Source of the DNA: Neodothiora populina
Taxonomy: Eukaryota
DNA length: 64,000 bases
Direction of reading: 5' to 3'
Assembly (NCBI RefSeq): GCF_041146345.1
Contig: NW_027191402.1
Span: 62,001 to 126,000, forward strand
A program made the translations under genes and the position numbers. The notes beneath the pieces were generated by a model. The model did no database searches. It saw nothing but the letters and a program-made list of their open reading frames with translations, and had not been told where the DNA came from. Position 1 is the first letter of the stretch, and each line of letters begins with the position of its first letter. Shown here piece after piece: positions 48,949 to 61,307 of this stretch.

Positions 48949-49473
48949 GGTGGTCTCTGGGTCGAGGGAAGGCGATGGCAGCTCAGGTGGTCAAGGTGGT
49001 GTGGCACAAGACGCGGTATACTGTATACGGTATACGGGCTTGGAGAGCTGTTACCGCCGAAGCTGATTGGGTTCGGCTAGCATGATAGAAAGTGTCGCGT
49101 GAGCGGACGAGGAAGAGAGTTTTTGAGTTTTGGTTCTGTACAGAAGATCAAAATATGGATGAGGGACGATGAAGAGGGTTGGAGGGAGAGAGAAGAGAGG
49201 GAAGAAGTTGTTTACACTGACGGCTTGACCGCAGAGTTGGATCGCCTCAAGGCAGTCTTAGCCCGACAGCAGCTGCACTGCACAATCACTTTATTGCAGC
49301 ACAACGTAAGGTGCCCAACCTACAAGTATAGTGAGTTCTGATAGTGGATCATCCTCCAATGAATATGGATATAACGATGAAGATGTGCTGTAAGTCTTCC
49401 GCATTGGCAGAAAGAGCCACGTGCGGGCGAGATGCAGATGCTTGGCATTGGCTATACGGAGACAGTAAAAGAG

Positions 49474-49508
49474 GACAAACAGAACAAACAGAACAAACAG
49501 GACAAACA
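49474..49508. repeat. 9-bp tandem repeat (RACAAACAG) x4
   Basis: Lies in the divergent promoter between VAC14 and AsnRS. Confidence 0.85.
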
Positions 49509-49638
49509 TGCGGGCGTGTGATTGTCTGGAATTATGGAATCATGACTGTTTCGCATTATTCCTTCCTTTTTCCCCCACCACTACCCCAATTGCCTGCAAC
49601 TGCAGTGTTTCATTGTAACACAGCAGCAGCCAGACACT

Positions 49639-51424
49639 ATGGCAGACTCGGCAAAACCCACCATCCACATCGACGAGGAGGTCGGCCAGGACTCTGCCTC
49701 TGCCACTGGCTCCGAGCAAGCTCCCTACAAGTCAGTGCAGTACGCCTACCTTCAACACGCCGGTTCCGCCCAGTATCTGGTGCGCAAGAAAGAGGAGGGA
49801 GACGAGGCGGCCGAGTGGAAGCCCGCAGCAAAGGCCGCGCTGAAGAAAGCCGTCAACTACGCCGACGCACAGAAGAAAAAGGCTGCCAAGGAGCAAGAGC
49901 TGGCCGTTCGCCAGAGGAAGGAGGACGACGAGAGACAGAAGGTGCTGGACGAGGCCAAGAAGATTGCCATCACCGAGGACAAGTCGCTGCCCACTCCCAC
50001 AAAGATCAAGCTCGACCAGATCGACCCTGCCGTCGTGAAGCTGCGCAAGGCGGGCGAGACGGACGCAGAGAAGGGAACCAGAGTGCGTGTCTTTGGCCGC
50101 GTGCACCGGTTCCGCAACCAGAAGGGCGTCGTCTTCGTCACTCTGCGCGATGGCTACGGCTTCATGCAGTGCATCCTGACCGGCGACCTGGCCAAGACGT
50201 ACGACACGCTGACTCTGACGCGCGAGACGAGCATGGAGATTGTCGGTGAGATGCGCGAGGTCCCCGAAGGCGCTCATGCCCCTGACAACCGCGAGTTGCA
50301 CGCCGACTACTTCAGAGTTCTGCCTCACGGAAAGGCGCCCGGTGGTGAGGACGCCATCACCAACATGGTCCAGGCCAAGGCCGATCCCCAGACTCTGCTC
50401 GATCGCCGCCATCTGACTCTGCGTGGTGAGACGGCCTCGGCGGTCATGTTCGTGCGTGACGCCGTCGAGTTTGCCTTTCACCAGGTCTACAAGGAGGTTC
50501 GCTGCCGCAAGGTGTCTCCTCCTGCTCTCGTGCAGACCCAGGTCGAGGGCGGTGCTACTCTCTTCAAGTTCGACTACTACGGCGAGCCTGCCTTCCTGAC
50601 TCAGTCGTCTCAACTCTACCTCGAGACCTGTCTGCCCTCGATGGGCGACGTCTACTGTATCGAAAAGTCCTTCCGCGCGGAGAAGTCGCTGACCCGCCGT
50701 CACTTGTCCGAGTACACGCACGTCGAAGCCGAGCTGGACTTTATCACTTTCGACGACCTGCTCGTGCACCTCGAGGAGGTCATGTGCCGCGTGCTCGAAC
50801 TCACAATGGCCGACCCCAAGATCGCCGCGCTGATCAAGGAGATGAACCCGGACTTCCAGATTCCCCAGCGACCCTTCATGCGCATCAAGTACAGCGAGGC
50901 CATCGACTGGCTGATCGAGCACGAGATCCCCAACGAAGACGGCCACCCGCACACGTTCGGCGACGACATCGCCGAGGCGGCCGAGCGGCGCATGACGGAC
51001 ATGATCAACAGACCTATTTTCCTGACCCACTTCCCCGTCGAGATCAAGGCCTTCTACATGCAAAAGGACCCCGAAGACAAGCGCGTCACCGAGTCGGTCG
51101 ATTGTCTGATGCCCGGCGTCGGAGAGATTGTCGGAGGCAGCATGAGGATGTTCGACTACGAGGAGCTGATGGCCGCCTACGAGCGCGAGGGCATCGACCC
51201 CAAGCCTTATTACTGGTACATTGACCAGAGAAAGTAAGCCCTCTTTTTCCCTTTCTCCATTTCTTTCTCCAAAAAGCAGCAACTGACAGCAAAATAGATA
51301 CGGCTCCTCCCCCCACGGCGGCTACGGTCTGGGTCTCGAGCGTTTCCTCGCCTGGCTGTGCAAGCAACACACGGTGAGAGACTGCTGTCTCTACCCGCGT
51401 TACATGGGCCGCTGCACCCCTTAG
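49639..51424 (+). CDS. DED81: Cytosolic asparaginyl-tRNA synthetase
   Basis: [16 protein letters not shown] (OB fold), [43 protein letters not shown]. The last exon [16 protein letters not shown]...[10 protein letters not shown] follows an intron starting at 51234. Confidence 0.97.
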
Positions 51425-52075
51425 TTTTTTTTTTTGGTCTTTTCTTTCTTCTTCTTGTCTTTTTCCACTCTTGTCACAGCAGATTTCCTCGCACTCGACA
51501 GAAAAATGGTCTCGTTAGTGCGTGAGCTAAGGTAGATTCGTGTTTTTCGTACGCCAGGCTACATAGACAGACAGACAGACTTTGACCTCGAAAGCCATTT
51601 CCGCAGGACAGCACAACAACCACCCCAAAGTCCTTCAAGAGAATCATGCACCGTATTTGCCTTTCGTAGCACTCGACGACATACACAGGACGCTTGTTCG
51701 GCTCTGGCGTGCCTCGTCTTGTCATGGCTATCTTAGGAAATGACAGACTCGAAACATAACAAAAGGACAGGGAATAGAGCACATTGGCGATTGAATATGT
51801 TCGACTCGGGAGAGGAAAAGTCGACTTGAACTAGACTCGAAACGTCTCCATTTGTCTCGAGAATCAACTACGCTTCCGTACGTTGAACAAGAGCCTCTGT
51901 GACCTTTGATGCTATTGCTTTATTTCCTTCTTCACAATCATCCTCTTTCCTCTCTTTCTTCTCTCGCTCTCACGACACACGCCACACACACTCAGACATA
52001 ATATACAAATGTTGCTTCCTCATCGTCTACCAAATCACTTCAGTAGTGGAGCACCCGCTAGAAAAGTAAAACACT

Positions 52076-53797
52076 CTAATAGTGGATAGCCTTGCCGGAG
52101 GTGGCCATGGCAGCCTCCTTGAACGCCTCGGCGAGCGTGGGGTGAGCGTGCGACGTCCTGGCGACATCCTCGGTGGAGGCACCGTACTCGAGCGCCAACA
52201 CGCCCTCGGCGATCATCTCACCGGCGTTGGCACCGATGATGTGAATACCCAGAATGCGATCCGTCTCCTCGTCGGCGAGGAACTTGACCATACCGTCGGA
52301 GTCGAGGTTGGTCTTGGCGCGCGAGTTGGCGCTGAAGGGGAAGCTGCCGACCTTGTACTTGATGCCGGCCTCCTTGAGCTCGGCCTCGTTCTGGCCGACC
52401 CAGGCGACCTCGGGGTGGGTGTACATGACCGAGGGGATGGCGCCGTAGTTGACGTGACCGTAGCCCTTGGTCAGGTACTCGATGACAGCGACGGCCTCCT
52501 CCTCGGCCTTGTGGGCGAGCATGGGTCCGAAAGTGCAGTCTCCGATGACGCGGATGTGGGGGATCTTGGTGCGGTACTCCTGGTCGATGATGAGGCGGCC
52601 GCGGTTGTCAGTCTCGAGACCGATGTTCTCAAGACCGAGTCCGGCAGTGTAGGGGCGACGACCGATGGCGACGAGAACAACATCGGCGTCAAGCTGGAAG
52701 ATGGATTAGCGACAATAGCGATAAAACAGACCAAAGACAAAAAGCGTACGACTTCCTCCTTGCCACCCTTGGCAGCCTCGACGTTGATCTTGACGACATC
52801 GCCGCTGTCATCTCCGGCGGTGACCTTGGTGTTGAGCTTGAACTTCATGCCCTGCTTGCTGAGCAGCTTCTGGGTCTGCTTGGAGATCTCGGCATCCATA
52901 CCGGGACCACCGATCTGACCGAGGAACTCGACAACAGTGACCTCGGAGCCGAGTCTCGACCAGACGGAAGCCATCTCGAGACCGATGATGCCACCGCCGA
53001 TGACGACCATCTTCTTGGGCACCTCCTGGAGGGCAATGGCACCGGTGGAGGTGATGACCTTCTTCTCGTCAATGGTCAGACCGGGAAAGGGAGTGGCCTC
53101 GGAACCGGTGGCGATGAGGATGTTCTTTCCGCGGACGGAGGTCTCGCCGCCGTCGATGAGGTTGACCTTGACAGTGTGCTCGTCGGCAAAGGCACCGGTG
53201 CCCTTGATGTACTCAACGTTGTTCTTCTTGAAGAGGAACTCGATACCCTTGGTGAGGCCGGAGACGGACGTCTCCTTGGCCTTCATCATCTGGGCGAGGT
53301 TGAGCTTGACATCGCCGACTTCGATACCGCGGTTCTTGGTGTCGTGCAGGATGGAGTGGTACATATGTGAGTTGTTGAGGAGCGACTTTGAGGGGATGCA
53401 TCCGACGTTCAAGCAGGTTCCTCCGAGGGAGCCGCGCTTCTCGATGCAGGTGACCTGAGGTTTTGTATGAATATGGGTTTGTGTGTATTAGAAGAAAAGG
53501 TGTGCGCACCTTGAGGCCTTCCTGACCGGCCTTGATGGCGGCAACGTATCCGGCAACGCCACCACCGACAATGACAAGGTCCTTTTCCTCTGCGGCAAAA
53601 CAGTCAGCTTTCTTTTCTTGTGTTTCTTTTCCGGCGGCGGCAAGAAACATACCGGTCTCGGTGGCATAACCACGTTTTGATTGTAATCTGTCAATGAGAT
53701 AAAATGTGGAGGGAGAGGCGCGGAAGGTGTTGTTGGCCTGGTTGGCAGGGCGGAGGAGAGGGCGCGATGCCGCGCGCAACACCGAGTGCTTGAACAT
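52076..53797 (-). CDS. LPD1: Dihydrolipoyl dehydrogenase (E3), mitochondrial
   Basis: Arg-rich presequence, [12 protein letters not shown], redox motif [32 protein letters not shown]. Three introns. Confidence 0.97.
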
Positions 53798-54105
53798 GAC
53801 TGGCGAGAGATGGACAGATGAAGAGATCAAAAAGGGTTGAGAGAAGGAGAAGGATTGCCGAAGCAAAAGCGTAGAGCTTGATGGGGGGTGAGGGGGGATG
53901 GAAAGGGAAAAAGGCGGGTATAGAGATGATTTAGGAAGAAACAGAGACCAAGAGATGGAGTTAAAGTGTAACTAAGAGACGCAGAGAGAGACCTGAGGTA
54001 GAATACAAAGTATCTGCACTAATCTGTGCACAAAATCAAGAAGCGTCAGAGCAAAGCTACGTTAACTACCTTACCGTGATTCAGCTGCATCATTACTGGC
54101 TGGCT

Positions 54106-54195
54106 GCTTCAGCTTCTGCTTGTGCTTCTGCTTCAGCTTCTGCTTGTACTTCTGCTTCAGCTTCAGCTTCTGCTTCTGCTTCTGCTTCTGCTTCA
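54106..54195. repeat. Hexanucleotide tandem repeat (GCTTCW and variants) x15
   Basis: GCTTCA/GCTTCT/GCTTGT units between the YCS4 stop and the LPD1 start. Confidence 0.92.
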
Positions 54196-54682
54196 CTCTC
54201 CTCGTCTCACTCTTGTCTCTCTCAAGCACTTCCCTCTGCCTTGACAGCTTCCTTGGCTTATCGGAACAAATGTCTTGGCGCGGAAAACGCAATGACGCCG
54301 GCAGCGGGTCAAGGGTAAGCAGAACCTCGCTTCCATAGAGCTTCACGGAGCACAGCTCTGCTTCTGCGTCCCGGCATCTCTCGTTGATAATGCCGAGACC
54401 TCCGGCTCCTCCCACCTTAGCCACGGGGGTTCTCGTACCTTTCTCTGAACAACATTCATCTTGCTTCACATGCTGCAGTAGTGAATCACATGGCTCGAGC
54501 ATGTGCTATACACAAGCACGTACAGGAGATATGCATGCAGCAACAAACAATCAATTGTCAATGAAATTCCCAAAAAAGGGTATCGACTCAAGGGCACCGT
54601 TTCGCCCTGCAACCCAAACACTACCCCCAAAACACCCGTTCGCTTCCGCCCAATATAGAGTAGAGCTTGACGACGACCTGGC

Positions 54683-57600
54683 TCAAGCCGCAGCTTGCAC
54701 AATCTTATATCCCTCGTTGATGACCTTGGCAATCTCCTCGTCTCTGTGCTGTAACAGTCCTAGAGCATATGCGACATCGTTCCACTGTCTCTCAGATCCC
54801 ACTCTCGCTAATCTTGCAGCGAGTTTCGAGGCTAGCTGTTTGGCGTGCTTGTCCTGGTAACGAAGGTCAGTTTCGACTCAAATAGTTCATCGTCGTCATG
54901 AAACATACCTTCTCGATGAAACCTGCCAGGAACTTGATGATTCTCTTGAACTGGTCCTCCTCCAGATCCTCGTTCGTCGACAGCAAGCTGAACATGTCGA
55001 CGAAGTGGTTGTAGATTGCATTGTCCTTGGTGGCCAACTCCCCAAAAAACATCCTGCTGAGCTCGCGCACCTTCTCGTCCTCGTCCTCCACACACTTGGC
55101 CATCTCGCCGAGCTGGCCCTTGACCTTGACTTGACCTGCCAGAATCAAAAAGGTCAATGTCATCAGACAAGTGCGCTTGACAGACAGTGACGGGTCCGAA
55201 AGCCTGCGATACAGATAGTCTGTGTTCTCGTCGATGAGATGATTGAAGCAGACGGCCATGTCTCCCAGTGCAACGACCAGGTTGCTACGCGTCGTGGCGT
55301 CTGGGCTTCTCTCCATAATCGTAATCAAGAGACCAAGGTTTTGCTCGCAGTACTCGGAGCTGACACACATCAACTTTGCCAGACACAGAGCTGCTTGTGC
55401 TTGGAGCTCCTTGCTGGGATATGATGTGTTGTTCATGCAAATCTCCCTGACTAGAGGACCGAAATTCGACAGAAGTGCCTGGTTTCCATAAAGTAGTTCT
55501 CGTTCACGCACGTGGGTAATCGCTTCCGTGAAGTCGTCCTCGGTGGTGCCGGTGATGAGATCGAGCTCATCTTGTTCTTCTTCTTTGACGTCCTTGCTCT
55601 TGCCCTTTGCACTCTTCTTCTGTGGTGACGGCCGGGGTGTCGTCTTCTCATTCGCCGCCTTCCGTCGCTTGAAGTCTTGCTCACACAATTCGAGATGCAC
55701 AATCTGTTTGATGGCGACGTGGCCTACTGTGAACAACAACTGCGATAACACGAGCCCGGAGTCTTCTGTGCTTTCCTTGTCTGCTTCCGAGGGCACGGGC
55801 TTCGCCTCTTCCTCGTCATCCATACCACTCATCTCGATATCCCCGTCGCCGTCATCGTGAATCTGCGTTGCGGGTTCCTGTTGGGCTGCTTGTGCGGCGA
55901 AGACCTTCTTGGTCTTGTAGCGTAGGATCTCCGAGCAGAGTACGTCAGGGTGCTTGGAGAGAGCGTAGATAGCGCCAATGACCTGCTCAACGAGGCCGTA
56001 CCACTCCTTGCTCGATGACTTGACATCTGCCATGGCGGCGAGCTTCTGTAGCACTGCATGATCGTTGGGCAGTCTCGTTGATTTCGGCACCGCTGCAACA
56101 CCCTTGGTCGGCTTCTGGGCGTTCATCCTCATCAGTGCAATGCAGGTGTATCTTGCAAGTCCGAGATCCCTGCGGCCGTATGCACCAAGACCGATGTGCA
56201 GACAGACCTCCATCTCCTTGACGATAATCTCTGGGTCGGCCAGAGCAAGCATACCAAGCACGATGATTGCACCACGACGCTGGTTCTTGGAGATTTCCTT
56301 GCGCTGCACCCCGTACACTTGCCAGAGTTTCTGGATGACGAGCTCATTCACGAATCGCATTTGCATCATGGTGCTCAGAAGCTGCTCCAAGCTGGTGAGT
56401 TCCGCGGATGTGGCTCCGAACGTCAGACTGATCATGTTGCGAGCGACGTAGTTAGCAGCGTCGTTGGCCGAGAAGCCGTCCGGTGCGTCGAAGAAAAGGC
56501 CCTTGTAGCACTCGATCAAGTGCGTCTGGACACCTTTGCCTTCGTCACTGTATCCTTTGGTCCAGATCAGACGAAGCATTCGACGGATACCCAAACGGGC
56601 GGTTTCGATACGGTAAGCGTCTGCAATGACAAAAAAGTCCATGGCTTCGATGACCTCTGACTTGTTCTTGGAGCCGAGAAGTTGGATTGACAGTGGCGAT
56701 GCCTCGTGCAAGACTTCGATGAAGCGGAGAGCCTCTATGTAGTAGCGACGGGTGAGCGTCAGCTTGTTGATCATCTCTGTGGTGGCCGCCTCCTGCTGTG
56801 CTTTTTCGATAGCAGCTTGACGCTGTTCGTCGGACAGAGGTGCCTTTTCCTCCTGTGGTGACGCCTGTGTGGCATCGTCGAGCAGATCTTCGTCAACTGT
56901 CGGCTCCTGTTCACCAAGGCCTGCGCCCTCTGGTGGCTTGAGAGCGTTCAACTCGGCATCACAAGCTTCGAGTCTAGCGTTCCATTCCGAGAAGGCCAGT
57001 TGGCCGCCGTGGAGCACTGCGAAAGGATGAGTGGAGATAAGCTTTGCGAGAAGTTTTATGGCGTTTCGTCGCACGTTGCTGCTCTTGTCCTCGAGGCTTC
57101 TGGCTGCCAGCTGTGCGGCGATCTGGCGGCGTTTGGGGTATTTTGCCTCGAGGTCACACAGCTTCACATATACTTGAATGGTCCTGCATCTGCAGTACGG
57201 GTTGACATCGAGGAAGCGTTCTTCGAGGACATCAAAGAAGGCGTTCATCTGGCCTTTGTGGGTTTCGCTCCTCTCCTCCCCCTCCTGTTTGCTCAACATG
57301 GCAATCAAGTTGCCGCAGACCTCGATGATGGAGCAGCGCAGGGTGTAGGATTCGCTGTCCAGAAGTTTGGCAAGCAACATGACCTGTTTGATGACTTGTC
57401 GCGGCGCCAGCTCCGATAGCTTAGTGATGAAGGTGGAGACGGACTTGGGTCCCTTCAGATCATTACTGTTGAATTCTTTGTTGCTCAGCTCACGGAGGAC
57501 CTCTTCGGCCAGTTGTGGATAGTCGTATTGTTCAGACAAGATGTTCAGAAATTCAGCCATTGGTTCAGAAAGATGTTCGAAGTAGGAGAGGCTCTGGACA

Positions 57601-58361
57601 ATGGATGTCTGGGCGCCGTATGCATGACCGTGATGCTTGACAGCGATACATAGAACTCTGAACGAGTGCATGCGCAAAGCAGTGTTCTTGACTCGGGCTT
57701 CGTCTTCTAGCAGCAGATACACCGGGCGAGTGAAAAGAGCAACAAAAGTGTCGCGCTCTGCGGTGGTGACGAAAATCTTGGCCAACTTCAGTTTCATGAC
57801 CTTGGCCATGATGTCGAGCGCAGTCTGGAGTTGGGGAGTAGGATCCCACGCGGCATCTTTTGACGATGAGCTTTTGCTCTTGCTTGATTTGCCTTTGGCC
57901 TTGGAGGCGGGAGCTGTAGACTTCTCGCTCGAGGCCCGCGCTTCCGTGCTGGAAAAGGCCCATTGCAGCAAAAAGGCAAATATCTCCAACAACTTCTTAT
58001 GATGCTGGATGGACTCCTCCTCTGCCTCGAGGTCATTGTGGATAGTGTCCGCTTCTGCCGAAAGACCGGAAACGACGAGATCCAGGACCTTGGTTAGTGC
58101 AGCGGGTGGAACGACGCTGGATTGCTTCAGCAAGAACTGGAGAGAGTCGAGGTGGGCGGCGCGAGCGATACTCTCGGGGCACTCGGTGACGGCATCGATG
58201 ATTGGATTGAGTACATTGTTGATGAGTGAGTTGGTGAGCGACTCGGGGTCGTGTTCGCAGTCGACCAGAGCGGAGTGGGCCTCGGGGGTGTAGATGGCGA
58301 ATGGGTCATTCTGGTATGCCTTGAGGACGTCGTTGATGTCGAAATCAACAGGCGCCTCCAT
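54683..58361 (-). CDS. YCS4: Condensin complex subunit 1 (Ycs4/Cnd1/CAP-D2)
   Basis: HEAT-repeat protein: ERFLDVNPYCR, LEDKSSNVRRNAIKL, RSNLVVALGDMAVCFNHLIDEN, LTFLILAGQVKVKGQ. The last exon DKHAKQLA...KIVQAAA follows an intron near 54909-54854. Confidence 0.96.
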
Positions 58362-58452
58362 GGTTTTTTGTTAGATGGCGCAGAAGCGCAATTCGTGAAG
58401 GGATTGCCTCTCGGTTGGTTGTTGGTTGCGATGACGAAAGAGAGGGAGGTGC

Positions 58453-58489
<37 letters not shown>

Positions 58490-58490
58490 G
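58453..58490. repeat. (TTG/CAA)n microsatellite
   Basis: About 12 units in the divergent region between YCS4 and CDC7. Confidence 0.95.
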
Positions 58491-58528
58491 ACTGATTTGG
58501 TGTGGATTATTGTCGCTCTTTCTTTGTG

Positions 58529-58616
58529 TTTCGCGGGATTGAATCGTCCATGTTTAGATACTTCTACTTTCGGTCAAGCGTGCCTCGGTCGCGCCTCCCC
58601 GGTCAGCGATCGCGTC
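58529..58616. promoter_or_regulatory. SCB/MCB-like CGCG elements in the YCS4-CDC7 divergent promoter
   Basis: TTTCGCG at 58529-58535, CGCG near 58590, CGCGTC at 58611-58616. Confidence 0.5.
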
Positions 58617-58797
58617 GAGGGGCAGAAAGCAACAACATGTGCTGTTATGATGTATTTATGATTTGATTAAAAATACATTTCTGGGGAAATTCATTATACT
58701 AATTGTAATGCTAATGACTTGATGTGACCCCCTGGCACCGGAACTTGTGAAAGCCAGAAGAACAGACGCAGGAGAAGAAGCAGTGAAAAGAAAAATC

Positions 58798-60410
58798 ATG
58801 GCGTCTACAGCTGAGGACATCTACAACAAGTTGGCTGGAATCAAGACTACTTCCAAGGTTGTCAGAGAGCCGCATGCTGTCCCCGTAGCCATACCGTTTG
58901 ACCCTGTCGAATACGATGGTCGAAGTGAGGATGAGACGACCGAAGCCATAGACGAGAGCCGTGGACCTCTGGAAGAAAGCGGAGCCACTCACGATGACAG
59001 CAGTGAGGAAGAAGAGGTCGAGGACTCTGTCGCAGAGGACATGTTGAAATTCGAAATGTCTTTCAAGAACATAACACAGCGATATCGCCTGATCAATCGA
59101 ATTGGCGAGGGTACGAGCGAGCCGTTGTATCTCTTAGCTGCAATCAATACTGACTGGCAAAACAAATAGGAACTTTTTCGACAGTATACAAAGCAGAGGA
59201 CCTCCTCTATGACCGCTATGACAACGATTGGAACCTGGATGAGAAGGACGGCTCCTGGTTCTCTCCACCGGGCAAGCACAACAGTCATCGTTCGAAAGGA
59301 CGGTTTGTTGCCATCAAGAAAATCTACGTCACCTCATCGCCAATGCGTATCTTCAATGAACTCGAGCTGTTACATGACCTCCGTGGCTCCCCAAATGTAT
59401 GTCCATTGATCACCGCATTTCGTCACCAAGATCAAGTCATTGCCGTCCTCCCATACTTTCAACATCGAGACTTTAGGGATTACTTTCGAGAAATGACAGT
59501 GACTGAGATGCGACCGTACTTCCATTCACTCATGACGGCAGTTGCCGCAGTCCATCAACACAACATTATTCACAGAGACATCAAACCTACAAATTTCTTG
59601 TATTCACCGACCACACAGCGAGGAGTGCTAGTCGATTTTGGTCTAGCAGAGAGGGAAGGGACGGATTGGCACGCCTGCAATTGCTCATACACACCCGAGG
59701 AACGCAGTCATCGTGTTCGACATTCGGTCTACAACTCCGTACGTCTCCAATACCGAGAGAACGGACAATCCCTCCCAGCACCGACATATCCAAAAGACGA
59801 CACGCGACACTCACGACGAGCCAACCGCGCCGGCACAAGAGGATTCCGTGCGCCAGAAGTCCTGCTCAAATGCACTGCCCAGACATGTGTCATCGACATC
59901 TGGTCATGCGGAATCATTCTGCTGACCCTCCTGAGTCGAAGATTTCCCTTTTTCCACTCCGCAGACGACATCGACGCCTTCATCGAGCTGTGCACCATCT
60001 TCGGCAAACGCCGCATGAATGAAGTCGCCCTGCTGCATGGCCAAGTGCTTCAGACGAACATACCGACCATTGGCGAGGGCGGACACAGCTGGGAGAAGAT
60101 TCTGCTGTGGTGCACAAACAGGAGCAAAAAGGAAGGACAAGGACTCGACGAGGAAGAGTTGTTGGCAGTCGAGTTCATGGGGCTTTGTCTCGAATTGGAT
60201 CCGATCAAGAGAATCACGGCTGAGGAAGCGCTCGCACATCCCTTTTTGACCGGCGGACGAGGAGGAGTTCGACGGCAGACTGCTCCTGCAGGTGATGGTG
60301 GCGGCCATGACCATGACGACCGAAGTACCGGAAGAGAAGGAGAAGGGGGCCACGCAAGTCATGACGCAACGGGCAGAGACAGACGAGGAGAAGGAGACAT
60401 GTACGAATGA
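58798..60410 (+). CDS. CDC7: Cdc7/Hsk1 serine/threonine kinase
   Basis: RIGEG|TFSTVYKAED across an intron, VAIKKIYVTSSP, HRDIKPTNFL, LVDFGLA, RANRAGTRGFRAPEVL. Confidence 0.95.
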
Positions 60411-61307
60411 AATGAACACGATCACAACAACATCAACATCAACATCAACAACCACAAGACAAGCTTAGACCCTTCTTTCTCCATCTTCTCCTTCTTCTTC
60501 TTCTTCTTTTTTCCCCCTTATGCTATTGTAACGGTATTAGTTCTTTCATCTTTCCTATTCCATCGAAAGATTTATTCATATATACATTCTATTGGAAAAC
60601 AAAACACGACGACACCAACCGAAGGAATGATGGATCATTAGAGGCGCACGGGACTCAGGGACAAGGGACATCATGGCCCTCAACACGACACGACACGACA
60701 GCGACAGAACATGCAGGCCAGGGCGCAGACTGGAGCGATATAGCATAGCATAGCACGCCTCAGGTTCCTCTCATTGAGACGTATGTTATACTGTACTGTA
60801 GTATTGGTATCGACATTGGCGTTGGCAATTGCGGGTTGCATTATGCATGGAGCAATTGCATAGTGTATACAGTGTATCGTAGCATATAGCTGTTACCTTC
60901 ATCACCATCACCATCGCCGTTGCCACTGCTATTACTGTTGTCATCGCCGTGGTCACCATAACCATCACTGTCGATTTCTCCTCATCGTCATCAAGCATGA
61001 ACCACGAAGATGAAGCACGAAAATGGAAGATCGAAAAAGTAATGAAGTGGTTCCTTTTTTCGGCTGTCGGGTTTACATAATATTTTATATAAGAAGGTAA
61101 TGGTCAGACGCTCTCTCTCTCTCTCTCTCTTCGTCTCTCACTTCGTCACTCTACTCTCTGCTACTGCTGCTGCTGCTCTAAACCACCTTCTTTCTTCAAC
61201 TCTCAAACAACAAAGGTATCTCAATTCTTCGGATCAATTTTTTTCATCCCCCCTCTTTTTTCCCCAAAGAAAAAGAAAAGGAAAAAAAAGGCGAGAAAAG
61301 ACGTCTC

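Noticed and set aside
49732..51282. 516-aa ORF antisense to AsnRS (also the long antisense ORFs over LPD1, VAC14 and fimbrin)
   Set aside because: It is codon-aligned with the sense gene. Highly biased genes avoid TTA/CTA/TCA codons, which removes antisense stops, and the translation has no recognisable protein features.
52040..52078. In-frame echo of the LPD1 C-terminus (RVLHY* after KAIHY*) behind a TAG acceptor-like site
   Set aside because: No phase-compatible donor was found and two stops intervene, so it is probably chance.
54071..54502. ORF encoding (QK)n
   Set aside because: It is just the translation of the hexamer repeat, with no other coding signal.
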